A stretch of 63,617 nucleotides of DNA, the filler included, from Chiloscyllium plagiosum (taxonomy: Eukaryota), in the NCBI RefSeq assembly GCF_004010195.1. It is 4 parts of one record of this genome, joined end to end, with 100 filler letters (N's around TTAATTAATTAA, not from the genome) between each part and the next. Parts side by side here need not be neighbours in the genome. Positions count along the whole stretch, not along the records: positions 45,084 to 55,784 come from NC_057716.1; positions 55,885 to 63,617 come from NC_057716.1; 2 more parts are not named here. One strand, 5' to 3'. Position 1 is the first letter of the stretch; every line of letters begins with the position of its first letter. The position numbers and the translations under genes were made by a program. Shown here piece after piece: positions 51,150 to 63,617 of the stretch. Below the pieces are notes generated by a model. That model worked only from the letters and a program-made list of their open reading frames with translations. It had not been told where the DNA came from and did no database searches.

Positions 51150-51465
51150 TTTTTTAGATTAGATTAGATTCCTTACCGTGTGGAAACAGGCCCTTCGGCC
51201 CAACAAGTCCACACCAACCCTCCAAAAAGTAACCCACCCAGACCCATTCCTCTACACTTACCCCTTCACCTAGCACTACAGGCAATTTAGCATGGCCAAT
51301 TCACCTAACCTGCACGTTTTTGGATTGTGGGAGGAAACCAGAGGAAACCCACAGACACAGGGAGAATGTGCAAACTCCACACAGACAGTTACCTGAGGCG
51401 GGAATTGAACCCGGGTCTTTGGTGCTGTAAGGCAGCTGTGCTAACCACTGAGCCACCGTGCCCCC
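51150..51465 (-). mobile_element. HE1-type SINE
   Basis: A/B boxes, core and (aatct)n tail. Confidence 0.9.
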
Positions 51466-53066
51466 GTTTTTGCTTACTACTTTGTACCTAAGGGTTTTGC
51501 ACCTAGGTATGTACCATGTGTACTTGAGTACACATGACAATAAGCTCTAAATCTAAAAAGAATCTAAGTCTAAAAATCTAAATCTAAATAATTAGAACCA
51601 CAACTAAAACATCAGTGTCACACATGCATGATTCCCAAACGCTAAATTCAGTTGAGGTGAGAATTCTGTGAGAAAATATGCTTGATAAACTATCAATCAT
51701 AATTCTACCCCTGCAATACATGCAAGATCAGAGATATCCTGATTGTGACATTTTTGGCTCTATACTAAGTTTTGCATATTTTTATCCTTGCATCACTTCT
51801 TGCAGACATTGTGCACATTGCCTTAAAATTACTAAATGCATTACAACACTCTTCCCATTTTTGCTTTGCAAAATACCTAGACCACATATTTGACAGGACA
51901 TACATTAGACAGTGCTCTCACTCAGCTGAGACATAAAGCAGTACTTCATGTCACTGAGTGTCAAAGTAGTCAGTGAATTGCCATCTTTCTACATGCCACC
52001 CTGCCTGGTCAAGAAACCTAGTATAGAAGCCTAAAGACTGGAAAAATAAAACATCTTTTAAGAAGGTATGTAGGTATTATTTTGCAGCTGTTCAATTTGC
52101 ATATTTGAAAATCTTACAATTGTATTTACAAAATGAGCAGATATCTCATAATGCTTCTTACAAAAGAGACATAGAGACAGGAGTATAATTCCATCTGTCA
52201 GCTATGGCACAGCACACTTGTCTCTGAGACAGAAAGGTGTGGGTTTACATTCCACTATCCAGTATTGAGCACAAAAGTCTAGGCTGACACCAGCGCAGAC
52301 CTCAAGGAGAGTGGGATGCTTTTATCCTGTGGTATAGAGACAAGAGAGATCCAGGTGGGTAAGAGATTTCATGTGGGCCTATGTTTGGTAATCTTTGCAT
52401 GGTGTTATACAAAATCAGGTGTTAGGAGAGGGGAGAGGGGCTTTTCGTGGGTGACTGGGACTGTTGAAGGAGGAGATAGGAGATGTTCTGATGCAGCTGG
52501 ACTGAGGTGTCAAGATTGCATGGGATAATGAGATGATTGCAACCATGGAGAATGAGAGACTCCACAATTCATATCAGCTCAGATGATAAGTCATCTAGAC
52601 CCAAAACCTTAGCTTGCTTTTTCTCCATGGATGCTGCCTGACTTGCTATGATCTCCAACATTTTTTATTTTCAGACCTAGAATGGCAGCTTATTTGTTAG
52701 CACCAGAAGAAAATTCCTGCTCTTCTAGAACCCACAAAAGATTTAATTTGGACAGACCTCTTAATTCATCTTTGGTGAAACAGGTCACAATTAATGGTGA
52801 ATGCTTGAACTATCCAGTCAAAAATTCCAATTGGAGGTTATATGATCCATTTTCTGTATTGAAGTTCCTGCTGGCTGTAACAGTATAATACTTTTGACAG
52901 CTTTTAAAATAGATTTATTTTTTGTGCTAAAAGGATGATATTGTTATTGACTTCATGTTGAGATGGCTACTACTAAAGTACTGGAAAAAAAATCTCTCTG
53001 TGCATTTGACTTCAAAGTAGATTCCAAGCTTCCAAGCAGCTGATGCTTTGCTTCAGAATTTCTTTG

Positions 53067-54060
53067 GAGAAAGTGAGGTCTGCAGATGCTGGAGATCAGA
53101 GCTGAAAATGTGTTGCTGGAAAAGTGCAGCAGGTCAGGCAGCATCCAGGGAACAGGAGAATCGACGTTTCGGGCATGAGCCCTTCTTCAGGAATAAGGAA
53201 AGTGTGCCAAGCAGGCTAAGATAAAAGGTAGGGAGGAGGGACTTGGGGGAGGGGCATTGGAAATGCAATAGGTGGAAGGAGGTTAAGGNNNNNNNNNNNN
53301 NNNNNNNNNNNNNNNNNNNNNNNNNNNNNNNNNNNNNNNNNNNNNNNNNNNNNNNNNNNNNNNNNNNNNNNNNNNNNNNNNNNNNNNNNNNNNNNNNNNN
53401 NNNNNNNNNNNNNNNNNNNNNNNNNNNNNNNNNNNNNNNNNNNNNNNNNNNNNNNNNNNNNNNNNNNNNNNNNNNNNNNNNNNNNNNNNNNNNNNNNNNN
53501 NNNNNNNNNNNNNNNNNNNNNNNNNNNNNNNNNNNNNNNNNNNNNNNNNNNNNNNNNNNNNNNNNNNNNNNNNNNNNNNNNNNNNNNNNNNNNNNNNNNN
53601 NNNNNNNNNNNNNNNNNNNNNNNNNNNNNNNNNNNNNNNNNNNNNNNNNNNNNNNNNNNNNNNNNNNNNNNNNNNNNNNNNNNNNNNNNNNNNNNNNNNN
53701 NNNNNNNNNNNNNNNNNNNNNNNNNNNNNNNNNNNNNNNNNNNNNNNNNNNNNNNNNNNNNNNNNNNNNNNNNNNNNNNNNNNNNNNNNNNNNNNNNNNN
53801 NNNNNNNNNNNNNNNNNNNNNNNNNNNNNNNNNNNNNNNNNNNNNNNNNNNNNNNNNNNNNNNNNNNNNNNNNNNNNNNNNNNNNNNNNNNNNNNNNNNN
53901 NNNNNNNNNNNNNNNCCAAGTCCCTCCTCCCCACCTTTTATCTTAGCCTGCTGGACACACTTTCCTCATTCCTGAAGAAGGGCTCATGCCCGAAACGTCA
54001 ATTCTCCTGCTCCTTGGATGCTGCCCAACCTGCTGCGCTTTTCCAGCAACACATTTTCAG
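53067..54060. mobile_element. PLE insertion with inverted pLTRs (gap inside)
   Basis: 15-bp TSD ttcagaatttctttg at 53052-53066 and 54061-54075. Confidence 0.8.
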
Positions 54061-54589
54061 TTCAGAATTTCTTTGTTAGTTTAACCATAGACATATATCT
54101 CTGTTTTAGCTCAAGCACCTATCCAGGCACATTCTAATCAGTTTGGATGTGAAATGTAAAGGCTGCAAGGAAGGGCAGTACCCATTTGGAGCAACTTTTT
54201 GGCCTACGTAGTCTTCTCTCTGTGACCATTTTCCATTTGATCACAAGTCCACCTTAAATATCATCTAAAGGAGGATCAGTAACCAGATTTTAGAAAGTTG
54301 GAAAATGAAATTGAGGATAGATGAGCAGAAACAGAAACAGAAATTGCTGGAAAAACTCAGCAAGTCTGGCAGCTTCTGTGAAGAGAAAGCAGAATTAATG
54401 TTTCGTGTCCAGTGACCCCTCTTCAGAACAGTACTGAAATACATTACACTTTGCCCATTCCAAGTCATTAATATAGATAGTAAATAACTGAGGTCCCAGG
54501 ACTGATCCTTGTGACTCTACACTGGTTCCATCTTTCCAACATGAAAAAGACCTGTTCATCCCAACTGTTGTCTCATGTGCAGTGACCAA

Positions 54590-56170
54590 TCTTCAATATG
54601 GCAGATAGATGGGTGACAGTGAGGGGGACTGGGAGGAAGCAGCCAGTGCAGGGACCCCCTGCGGCCGTTCCCCTCAAGAACAAGTATACCGTTTTGGATA
54701 CTTGTGGGGGGGATGACTTACCAGGGGTAAGTAACGGCGCTCAGGTCTCTGGCACGGAGCCTGTCCCCGTTACTCAGAAGGGAAGGGTGAAGAAGAGCAG
54801 AGCAGTAGTAATTGGGGACTCGATAGTTCGGGGCACAGATAGGCGGTTTTGTGGGAACGAGAGAGACTCACGTTTGGTATGTTGCCTCCCAGGTGCAAGG
54901 GTACGTGATGTCTCTGATCGTGTTTTCCGGGTCCTGGAGGGGGAGGGGGAGCAGCCCGAAGTCGTGGTCCATATTGGCACCAACGACATGGAGCAGCCCG
55001 AAGTCGTGGTCCACATTGGCACCAACGACATAGGTAGGAGGAGTGCCGAGGATGTTAGACAGGCTTTCAGGGAGCTAGGTTGGAAGCTCAGAGTTAGAAC
55101 GAACAGAGTTGTTGTCTCTGGTTTGTTACCCGTGCCACGTGATAGAGACTCGAGGAATAGGGAAAGAGAACACTGAAATGCGTGGCTACAGGGATGGTGC
55201 AGGAGGGAGGGAATCCGGTATTTGGATAACTGGGGTTCTTTCTGGGGACGGTGGGACCTCTATAAACAGGATGGTCTACACCTGAACCTGAGGGGCACCA
55301 GTATCCTTGGGGGGAGGTTTGCTAGTGCTCTTGGGCGGGGTTTAAACTAACTCTGCAGGGGCATGGGAACCAGACTGTAGCTTTAGGGTGCAGGGCCAGG
55401 AGTGTAGGGAGGTTAGGAACATGGCATAAATTTCCAAGGAGGGTGTCTGTAAACAGGAAAGTGGCTTGAAGTGTGTATACTTCAATGCAAGAAGTATACG
55501 AAATAAGGTAGGTGAACTTGCAGCGTGGGTAGGTACCTGGGACTTCGATGTTGTGGCTATTACGGAGACATGGCTAGAACAGGGACAGGATTGGCAGTTG
55601 CGGGTTCCAGGATTTAAATGTTTTAGTAGGGACAGAGGTGGGGGTAAAAGAGGGGGAGGTATGGCATTGCTTGTCAAAGATAGTATTACAGAGGTGGAAA
55701 GGACGATGGATGAGGACTTGCCATCTGAGGTAGTTTGGGCTGAGGTTAGGAATAGGAAAGGTGAGGTCACCCTGTCAGGAGTTTNNNNNNNNNNNNNNNN
55801 NNNNNNNNNNNNNNNNNNNNNNNNNNNNTTAATTAATTAANNNNNNNNNNNNNNNNNNNNNNNNNNNNNNNNNNNNNNNNNNNNAGGGGGAATCCAGAAC
55901 TAGAGGGCATAGGTTTAGGGTGAGAGGGGAAAGATATAAAAGAGACCTAAGAGGCAGCTTTTTCATGCAGAGTGTGGTACGTGTATGGAATGAGCTGCCA
56001 GAGGAAGTGGTGGAGGCTGGTACAATTGCAACATTTAAGAGGCATTTGGATGGGTATATGAAAAGGAAGGGTTTGGAGGGATATGGGCCGGGTGCTGGTA
56101 GGTGGAACTAGATTAGGTTGGGATATCTGGTCGGCATGGATGAGCTGGACTGAAGGGTCTGTTTCTGTGA
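54590..56170 (+). mobile_element. CR1 LINE: ORF1 SGNH esterase, ORF2 APE start, gap, 3' end
   Basis: VIGDSIVR, CLPGA, VVHIGTND, DGLHLN; YFNARSIRNK..AITETWL; FFMQSVVRVWNELP. Confidence 0.9.
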
Positions 56171-56494
56171 CTTGTATGAACCTGGGTTCCCCAGTCCAGT
56201 GATAGTACCATCATGTCATCACTTCCCCCAAGCATGGGAGCCCGATTCTTTTGAGTGAAGAACCACCTCAACATAGCCTAAAGATGATGAACAGACACAA
56301 AGGAGGGAACATTTATCGCAGAACCCAAGAAACAGCCTAAACTGAGTGGCTTGGAGCATTCAGCATGTTCAGACAGGACTCGGCTTCCCATTATTAAACA
56401 CACAGCAGAGTTAAACCACCCCCTGGGAACTGGCTACCTCATCGCCAACACCTTAAACATCTCCCTCAGTCAAAGTGTGGCACTCCCTCCGCCC

Positions 56495-56700
56495 TCCCTC
56501 CCTCCCTCAAACTGTGGGAGTCCTCCCCTCCCTCCCTCAAACTGTGGGATTCCCCCCTCCCCTCCCTCAAACTGCTCAAACTGTGGGATTCCTCCCCTCC
56601 CCTCCCCTCCCTCAAATTATGGGACTCCTCCCTTCCCTCAAACTGTGGGACTCCTCCCCTCCCTCAAACTGTGGGACTCCTCCCCTCCCTCCCTCTCTCC
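56495..56700. repeat. ~30-bp C-rich tandem repeat
   Basis: ccctcaaactgtgggactcctccc units. Confidence 0.85.
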
Positions 56701-56714
56701 CCCTTACCCTCCAG

Positions 56715-56799
56715 CTGACCAGAGTCTGGTGGATGTCACCGACCTGCTCCATAAACATAGTGTCACAGAGTTTCGGTTTAACCTGATCCTGAGTTTCGG
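56715..56799 (+). CDS. Candidate host coding exon (unidentified gene)
   Basis: Pyrimidine tract + ccag acceptor, gtgagt donor; DQSLVDVTDLLHKHSVTEFRFNLILSF. Confidence 0.45.
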
Positions 56800-57271
56800 G
56801 TGAGTTTGGAGGCAGTGTGGGGAGAGTGAGGAAGGTGGAGAGCATGGGAGAGATGGTGAGTGCAGTCTGGCCTTATCCTTTCACACCATGTGTTAAACAC
56901 TCCCCTGTCCTTCCTGACATCAGCAGATGAGAGAAAAACTCCCAGTGAACAATCACCACCCGAGTTTATCAGCTGACCCGTGTGCTAAGTCAACCTTAGG
57001 TTAGCAATGCGCGGGAGGAGGAACCTGCATTCCAGAACTTTCTGTGGGATGAAAGGTGTAAATTACTGATAAGGAAAATGTGATTCTTAAACAAACACCA
57101 GAACAAGACAGAAGAGAAAAATAGAGTTGGACAACTTGCAGACTTTTAATAGTTGCCAGGCAACATGCAAAGGGAAAGTCTGACACCTTTTAAAAACATT
57201 CTTTTCTGCGCTTACTTTCCAAATTCCTCAAACCTGGATACAGGTCACTGCCCATTTCAGGCACGCTGTCT

Positions 57272-58160
57272 AAACACGGGGTTAGATACAGAGTAAAGCT
57301 CCCTCTACACTGCCCACATCAAACACTCCCAGGGACAGGGACAGCACGGGGTTAGATACAGAGTAAAGCTCCCTCTACACTGTCCCCAGCAAACACTCCC
57401 AGGGGCAGGGACAGTATGGGGTTAGATACAGAGTAAAGCTCCCTCTACACTGCACCCATCAAACACTCCCAGGGACAGGGACAGTACGGGGTTAGCTACA
57501 GAGTAAAGCTCCCTCTACAGTGCCCCCATCAAACACTCCCAGGGACAGGGAGAGCACAGGATTAGATACAGAGTAAAGCTTCCTCTACACTGCCCACATC
57601 AAATACTCCCATGGATAGGGACAGCATGGGGTTAGATACAGAGTAAAGCTCCCTCTACACTGTCCCCAGCAAACACTCCCAGGGACAGGGACAGTACGGG
57701 GTTAGCTACAGAGTAAAGCTCCCTCTGCAGTGCTCCCATCAAACACTCCCAGGAACAGGGAGAGCACAGGATTAGATACAGAGTAAAGCAACCTCTACAC
57801 TGCCCACATCAAACACTCCCAGGGACAGGGACAGCACGGTGTTAGATACAGAGTAAAGCTCTCTCTACACTGTCCCCATCAAACACTCCCAGGACAGGGA
57901 CAGCACAGGGTTAGATACAGAGTAAAGCTCTCTCTACACTGTCCCCATCAAACACCCCCAGGACATGGGCAGCATGGGGTTAGATACAGAGTAAAGCAAC
58001 CTCTACACTGTCCCCCATCAAACACTCCCAGGACAGGGACAGCACGGGGTTAGATACAGAGTAAAGCTCCCTCTACACTGTCCCCATCAAACACTCCCAG
58101 GGAAGGGACAGCACGGGGTTAGATACAGAGTAAAGCTCTCTCTACACTGTCCCAGGACAG
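57272..58160. repeat. ~70-bp tandem repeat, ~13 copies
   Basis: gggttagatacagagtaaagctccctctacactgtccccatcaaacactcccagggacagggacagcac. Confidence 0.95.
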
Positions 58161-58627
58161 ATACCTTGCAGATAACTGACAGGATCACTATTTAAACAAC
58201 AGCAGGGGATTTCTGCCCATTGTTCTTGTCAAGTTTTGCAGGAATTCATGGCCTAGTCATTGCCACGTTACTGTTTGTGGGATCTTACTGTATCTATATT
58301 GGCTGCTGCTTTTGTCACAAGCCAATGGAGACTATGGCTCAAATATCTTTTCCTAGCATCTCCTAGGGTTCAGGTTGCTGTCATTGTGGAAAGTGCTGGG
58401 GGATCTCAATTAATTGCAACAGTGTTCTGAACTTTCACTGCCATTCCTAGTGAAAACAGTTGAACAATATCAATCTGGAGATGTCAAGAATTACAATCCA
58501 GAGAGTCAGTAAGGGGTTAACTTCCATCTGTACGACGTTACGCTGTCACTGAACTGTTCAGATTGATTTGCATCTGGTGAGAGTGAGTTGTGTCAACAAA
58601 GAATTAAATCAGTCATTTAATTTGCAG

Positions 58628-58732
58628 GAAGCAATTTCTCAGTAACGGTTCCCCATGGATTTCACAACGAAACCACAAACATTCTGTCCCCAGCAGCCAC
58701 ATAATCACTGCCGTTTATCAGCAGGCTACCTG
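58628..58732 (+). CDS. Candidate host coding exon 2
   Basis: tttgcag acceptor, gtaaat donor; phase-compatible; KQFLSNGSPWISQRNHKHSVPSSHIITAVYQQAT. Confidence 0.35.
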
Positions 58733-59299
58733 GTAAATTCAGAACGATCTGATTGCCTGCAAACTGAGACAGCAATGATCACTGACAGAGCTTCCCCATG
58801 GGATCCAGATCCCATACGTTCAGGTAAATACAGGTGGTAAAGGAAATCGCTCACCAATTAGTCAGGACATCAGCAAGCGCACACCTGGAGTGTTGAGTGT
58901 TAGTCTCCGCCTCCACAGTGAAATTTATTTACCGTACAAAGAGTTCAACAAAGGTTCAGCAAACTAATTCCTGGATTAGAGGGATTTTTAAAATTCATTG
59001 ATCGGATGTGAGCATCGCTGGTTGGACAATCATTTATTGCCCATCCCTAATTGCACAGGGGGTAGTTAAGAGTCAACCCCATTGCTATTGGTGTGGAGTC
59101 ACGTGCAGGCCAGTCCAGGTAAGGACAGCAGTTTCCTTCCCAAAAGGACATTAGTGACCCAGACGGGTTTTTATGACAATGGATGTAAGATGGTCACCAT
59201 TAAACTAGAGTCTTAATCAAATTCAAATGTCACCATCTGCCAGGGTGGGATTTAAACCCTTGACCTTAGAACTGGGGTTCTGGATTACTAAATATACCA

Positions 59300-59860
59300 C
59301 TGTAGCTCACCTCCTGACTCCCCACCAACTACAAGGCACAAGTCCAGAGTGTGATGGAATACTCCCCACTTGCCCTGGATGGGGGCAGCCCCAACAAAAC
59401 TCAAGGAGCTCGACACCATCCAGGACAAAGCAGCCGCTTGATTGGCACCACACCCACAAACACCCACTCCCTCCCCCACCCACACTCAGTAGCAGCAGTG
59501 TGTACCATCTACAAGATGCACTGCAGAAACTCACCAAAGACCCTCAGACAGCACCTTCCAAACCCACAACCACTTCCATCGAGAAGGACAAGGGCAGCAG
59601 ATACATGGGAACACCACCCCCTGTAAGTTCCCCTCCCAGCCCCTCACCATCCTGACTTGGAAATATATCACCATTCCTTCAGTGTCACTGGGTCAGAATC
59701 CTGGAATTCCCTCCCTAAGGGCATTGTGGGTCTACCCACAGCACATGGACTGCAGCGGTTCAAGAAGGCAGCTCACCCCCACCTTCTCAAGGGGCAACTA
59801 GGGATGGGGTAATAAATGCTGGGCCCAGCCAATGACCCCCATGTACCATGAAGGTATTAA
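59300..59860 (+). mobile_element. CR1/L2-type LINE 3' end
   Basis: YKAQVQSVMEYSPLA..LDTIQDKAAALIG..YKMHC; WNSLP. Confidence 0.75.
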
Positions 59861-60144
59861 AAAAAAGGAGCAAACCATTTCGGACTGACAAGAGGAGGTG
59901 TTCCTTCATCCATAGGATAGAATATTCCCGGTTCCAGAGATATAGGTATGTTTAACTCAGAGATTGATAAATTTGTACAGATTAAACCATCAAAGGGCTT
60001 GAAGATAATCCAGGAAAATGGTGTTATAGCGGAACATCAGCAGTGGAGTGCTCTCAAGGGGCTGAATAACCTCCTCCTGTTTCTAGCTCCTATATCCCTA
60101 TCTTGACTCATCCCAATTCCCTACTATCTCCTCATGTTTTATGT

Positions 60145-60430
60145 GAAACCACCCTCTCCCCATGTCCCTCAATCCCACCACCCTCTCCCCGTGTCCCTCC
60201 ATCCCACCTACCCACCAGCCTCTCCCCGTGTCCTTCAATCCCACCTACCCACTACCCTCTCTCTGTGTTCCTCAATCCCCACCCATCCACTACCCTCTCT
60301 CTGTGTTCCTCAATCCCACCTACCCACTACCCTCTCCCCGTGTCCCTCAATCCCCACCCATCCACTACCCTCTCCTTGTGCCCTCAGTCCCACCCACCCA
60401 TCCACCTTCTCCCCATTTTCCTCAATCCTA
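60145..60430. repeat. C-rich ~38-bp tandem repeat
   Basis: ccctctccccgtgtccctcaatcccacc.. units. Confidence 0.8.
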
Positions 60431-60455
60431 CCCTGGTACACCCTGTTCCTCACAG

Positions 60456-60534
60456 GTTGGCCTGTCTCCTCTGGGAACCCAGACTGAGTCCTGACATACT
60501 ATTTGGCCATGAAAGGCATCGCAGTTGGAGCTGA
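60456..60534 (+). CDS. Candidate terminal host exon
   Basis: ttcctcacag acceptor; phase-compatible; LACLLWEPRLSPDILFGHERHRSWS*. Confidence 0.35.
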
Positions 60535-61199
60535 CCTGCCAACATTGCCCTGTGAGAGACCCTGGCCGTTGCACAGGAGAAGGGACCCTGTTCTGATTCT
60601 CTGTGCACCAATGAAAAGCCTCAGTGACCATATCGAACACAATTGGCCTATCAGACAGCAACACCTGGGCAGTTTCTAACTGCCCGACTGCTGACTAATG
60701 GGATGCTAAAACCCTAAGCACTGAATTTCCAGAGGTTGACTCTTCAGAATTCATTGCTGAAGTCAAGAGGTCAAAGTCACGGAGAATCTCTGAACATTAT
60801 TATCGATAAAAGGCACTTACTGTGATTCCTACTCCTAATAACTACAACTCAATTTAATCAGTGCACAGATGACTGGCCTGCACTGTTTCACAGGCTGCTC
60901 AACGTGAGCATCAATCACTCAGACAATCTTTGTGCTAAATGCAGAGGGAATAGATGTCCCAATTCCCATCCTCCTGCTCTCTCCGCCCTGCAGTTCAATC
61001 CCTAGAGATTTCTCTCTGAATATTCCTAATTCTCCAACCACTCACCTCCTTCAGAAAGTCTAAGTGCAGGTCGGGGGATATTTGGGGGGGGAGGAAGAAG
61101 GGACAGAACAGCCAAGCATAAACCTGTCCTTGTCTGAACAGCTGTATCCTGCCTCAGCAACCACTGTCATCAGGTTCTGCAGAATAATATCACTTCAGT

Positions 61200-61585
61200 T
61201 AGAACATAGAACACAGAATACAGCGCAGAACAGACCCTTCGGCCCTCGATGTTGCACCGACCCATGAACTACTCTCAGCTCGTCCCCCTACACTATCCCA
61301 TCATCATCCATGTCTAAGGATAGTTTAAATCTCCCTAATGTGGCTGAGTTAACTACATTGGGAGGCAGGGCATTCCACACCCTTACCACTCTCTGCGTAA
61401 AGAACCTGCATCTGACATCTGTCTTAAATCTATCACCCCTCAATTTGTAGTTATGTCCCCTCGTACACGCTGACATCACCATCCTAGGAAAAAGACTTTC
61501 ACTGTCTACCCTTTCTAATCCTCTGATCATCTTGTCTGTCTCTGTCAAATCCCTTCTTAGCCTTCTTCTTTCCAATGAGAACAAG
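61200..61585 (-). mobile_element. CR1 3' end
   Basis: LFSLERRRLRRDL..FFTQRVVRVWNALP. Confidence 0.85.
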
Positions 61586-63179
61586 TTCGAGGATTCAAAT
61601 ATTGCCACGGCAAATGCTGAGATGTGAATTCAATAAAAATCCGGAATTTAGAGTCTAAAGATGACCATTAATCCATTGTCAATTCTTGTAAAAAAACTGA
61701 TCTGGTTCACTGATGTCCTTTCCAGGAGGAAATCTGCCATTCTTACCTGCTCTGGCCTACATATGACTCTAACATGTTGACTTATGCAGCAAAATGGGCG
61801 ACTCTTCATCATCTTCTGGGCAATTCGCATTGGAGGTGGGGGAAATGAATTCCTGGCCAGTGATGCTCATATCGTATGAATGAATAAAAAGAATCTTGCT
61901 TCATGTTCACCCCCATCTTTTCAGCTAACTCAGAAACCTTTGCATTGCCGAAACAAAAAGACCACAAACAGGACAGTCCTGAAGTCCTGTGCTCCAGACC
62001 TTGCCTCTCCCCTAGCCAAGCTGTTCCAGTCCAGTTACAAACACTGGCATCTACCCGACAATGTGCAGCAGTTGAAGGAAGCAGTTCAGTACTGCCTTCT
62101 CCAGGGCAATTAAGGGTGGTCAATAAATGTCAGCCCAGTTAGTGATGTACAAATCCTGTTAATGAATAAAGCATTCCTTGACTCGCACCCATTCTCCTAA
62201 CTGACCTCCTGAGATTCAAAATGGAAGACTGCACGTTCCCAAGACTGAAACCTATTTTCACAGTGGGCCCACACTGTCGATTGAAGCAGTGTGTGAGAAA
62301 GTTCATGTTGGATGAGATTATAAAGCTGGCCACAGACACCTGACTTGCTGTCAGATGGATAGTCTCCTGTTTTGGATGAGATTTCAATCATATTTTGGAT
62401 CAATCATTGATCAATATTCTGTGGGGCCATCGGTGGTGAACAAATCACATTGCACATTCAGAGACATGTGAATCAGCGTTCAGACTAACCTGTCACCTCT
62501 CAACGTGAGATCATTGCACATTAATCCCAAGGGAGCAAAGATTAGCTCTGGCTATGCGAACTCCCAAGTGAGTGTAGGGAGGAGGGAATGTAGCTGTGTG
62601 CACTGGATGGGAATACAGGAAGCAGCTGTGTAAACCCAATCCTACATCACAGGAAACCAGATTTTCACAATGATTTTTTCACATTTTATATTAAAATCTT
62701 CTTGAGATCATTTTCAGCAACACAAATTCCATCAATCCCAATTCACTAGACTCTTACTCAGCCATGGGTCAGTTCCCATGGCAGGAACTCTGGTCTTACT
62801 GGTGAAATCTCCGTAATACCGTTAGGTGTTGCCTCCACACCCTTCCCTTTGTTTTTATTATTCAGTCAGGGGATGTCACCATCAACTATTGCCCACCCCT
62901 AATTGCACAGATGAAATGTGAAAATATGATTAAAACACCAAAATGCCCAATGTGGACAAACTCTCTAAGTCAGGCTAAATTCAGGTTCTTACAGTTCAGA
63001 AGAAAATCACTATTGATTGCAATCAAACTGTTTTAACCAATGGCAAAACAAAGAACATGAATTGCTAATGACCCTGTTTAACTTAACACTACCCCTATTA
63101 GATTCTCATACATATACAAACAGACACTCAAAGCAAGAACATTAATATTCCGGTTACAATAAAATATCCATAAAGCACT

Positions 63180-63617
63180 GTTCATAGAGTCAAAGAGATG
63201 TCCAGCACAGAACCAGATCCTTCAGTCCAACCCGTCCATGCCGACTAGATATCCCAACCCAATCTAGTCCCATTCGCCAGCACCCGGCCCATATCCCTTC
63301 AAACTCTTCCTATTCAGATACACATCCAAATGCCTCTTAAATGTTGTAATTGTACCAGCCTCCACCACTTCCTCTGGCAGCTCATTCCATACACGTACCA
63401 CCCTCTGCGTGAAAAAGTTGCCCCTTAGGTCTCTTTTATATCTTTCCCCTCTCACCCTAAACCTATGCCCTCTAGTTCTGGACTCCCCGACCTCAGGGAA
63501 AAGACTTGTCTATTTATCCTATCCATGCCCCTCATAAATTTTGTAAACCTCTATAAGGTCACCCCTCAGCCTCCGACACTCCAGGGAAAACAGCCCCAGC
63601 CTGTTCAGCCTCTCCCT
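63180..63617 (-). mobile_element. CR1 3' end
   Basis: FFTQRVVRVWNELP and 3' UTR. Confidence 0.85.

Noticed and set aside
51898..52065. Possible upstream exon (HTLDSALTQLRHK..KHLLR) with AG/GT ends; similar candidates at ~32317-32372 (+) and ~33640-33776 (-)
   Set aside because: In-frame stops or very short length, and no recognisable homology
57272..58160. CRISPR array or twister ribozyme
   Set aside because: No unique spacers and eukaryotic context; the - strand GUAGAGGG is twister-like, but the UAA cleavage motif and P4 loop are missing

Overview
Repeat-rich vertebrate genomic DNA, almost certainly an elasmobranch (shark): HE1-type tRNA SINEs, CR1/HER1-type LINE fragments and Penelope-like elements (PLEs) dominate, with several assembly gaps. 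The main structure is a nested pair of related, defective epsilon-like endogenous retroviruses. Outer ERV-A (+, 735-22344) has two ~500-bp LTRs, a matrix-like gag, PR, a 2H-phosphoesterase domain, RT, RNase H, IN and env. Inner ERV-B (-, 4522-16886) has ~568-bp LTRs, a GTAC TSD and a tRNA-His PBS, and is inserted into the RT of ERV-A. Both envelopes have an ASLV/filovirus-GP2-like TM and lack the cysteines that normally link SU and TM covalently. Neither shows recognisable CA/NC. PLE pseudo-LTRs with minimal hammerhead-ribozyme cores are scattered through the window, including a three-copy tandem array. The distal part has CR1 pieces (two ORF1 esterases), a Gypsy pol fragment, a 3.8-kb 33-bp minisatellite, a ~70-bp tandem repeat and three in-phase candidate host exons. 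All calls were made by eye; family names and most boundaries outside LTRs/TSDs are approximate.
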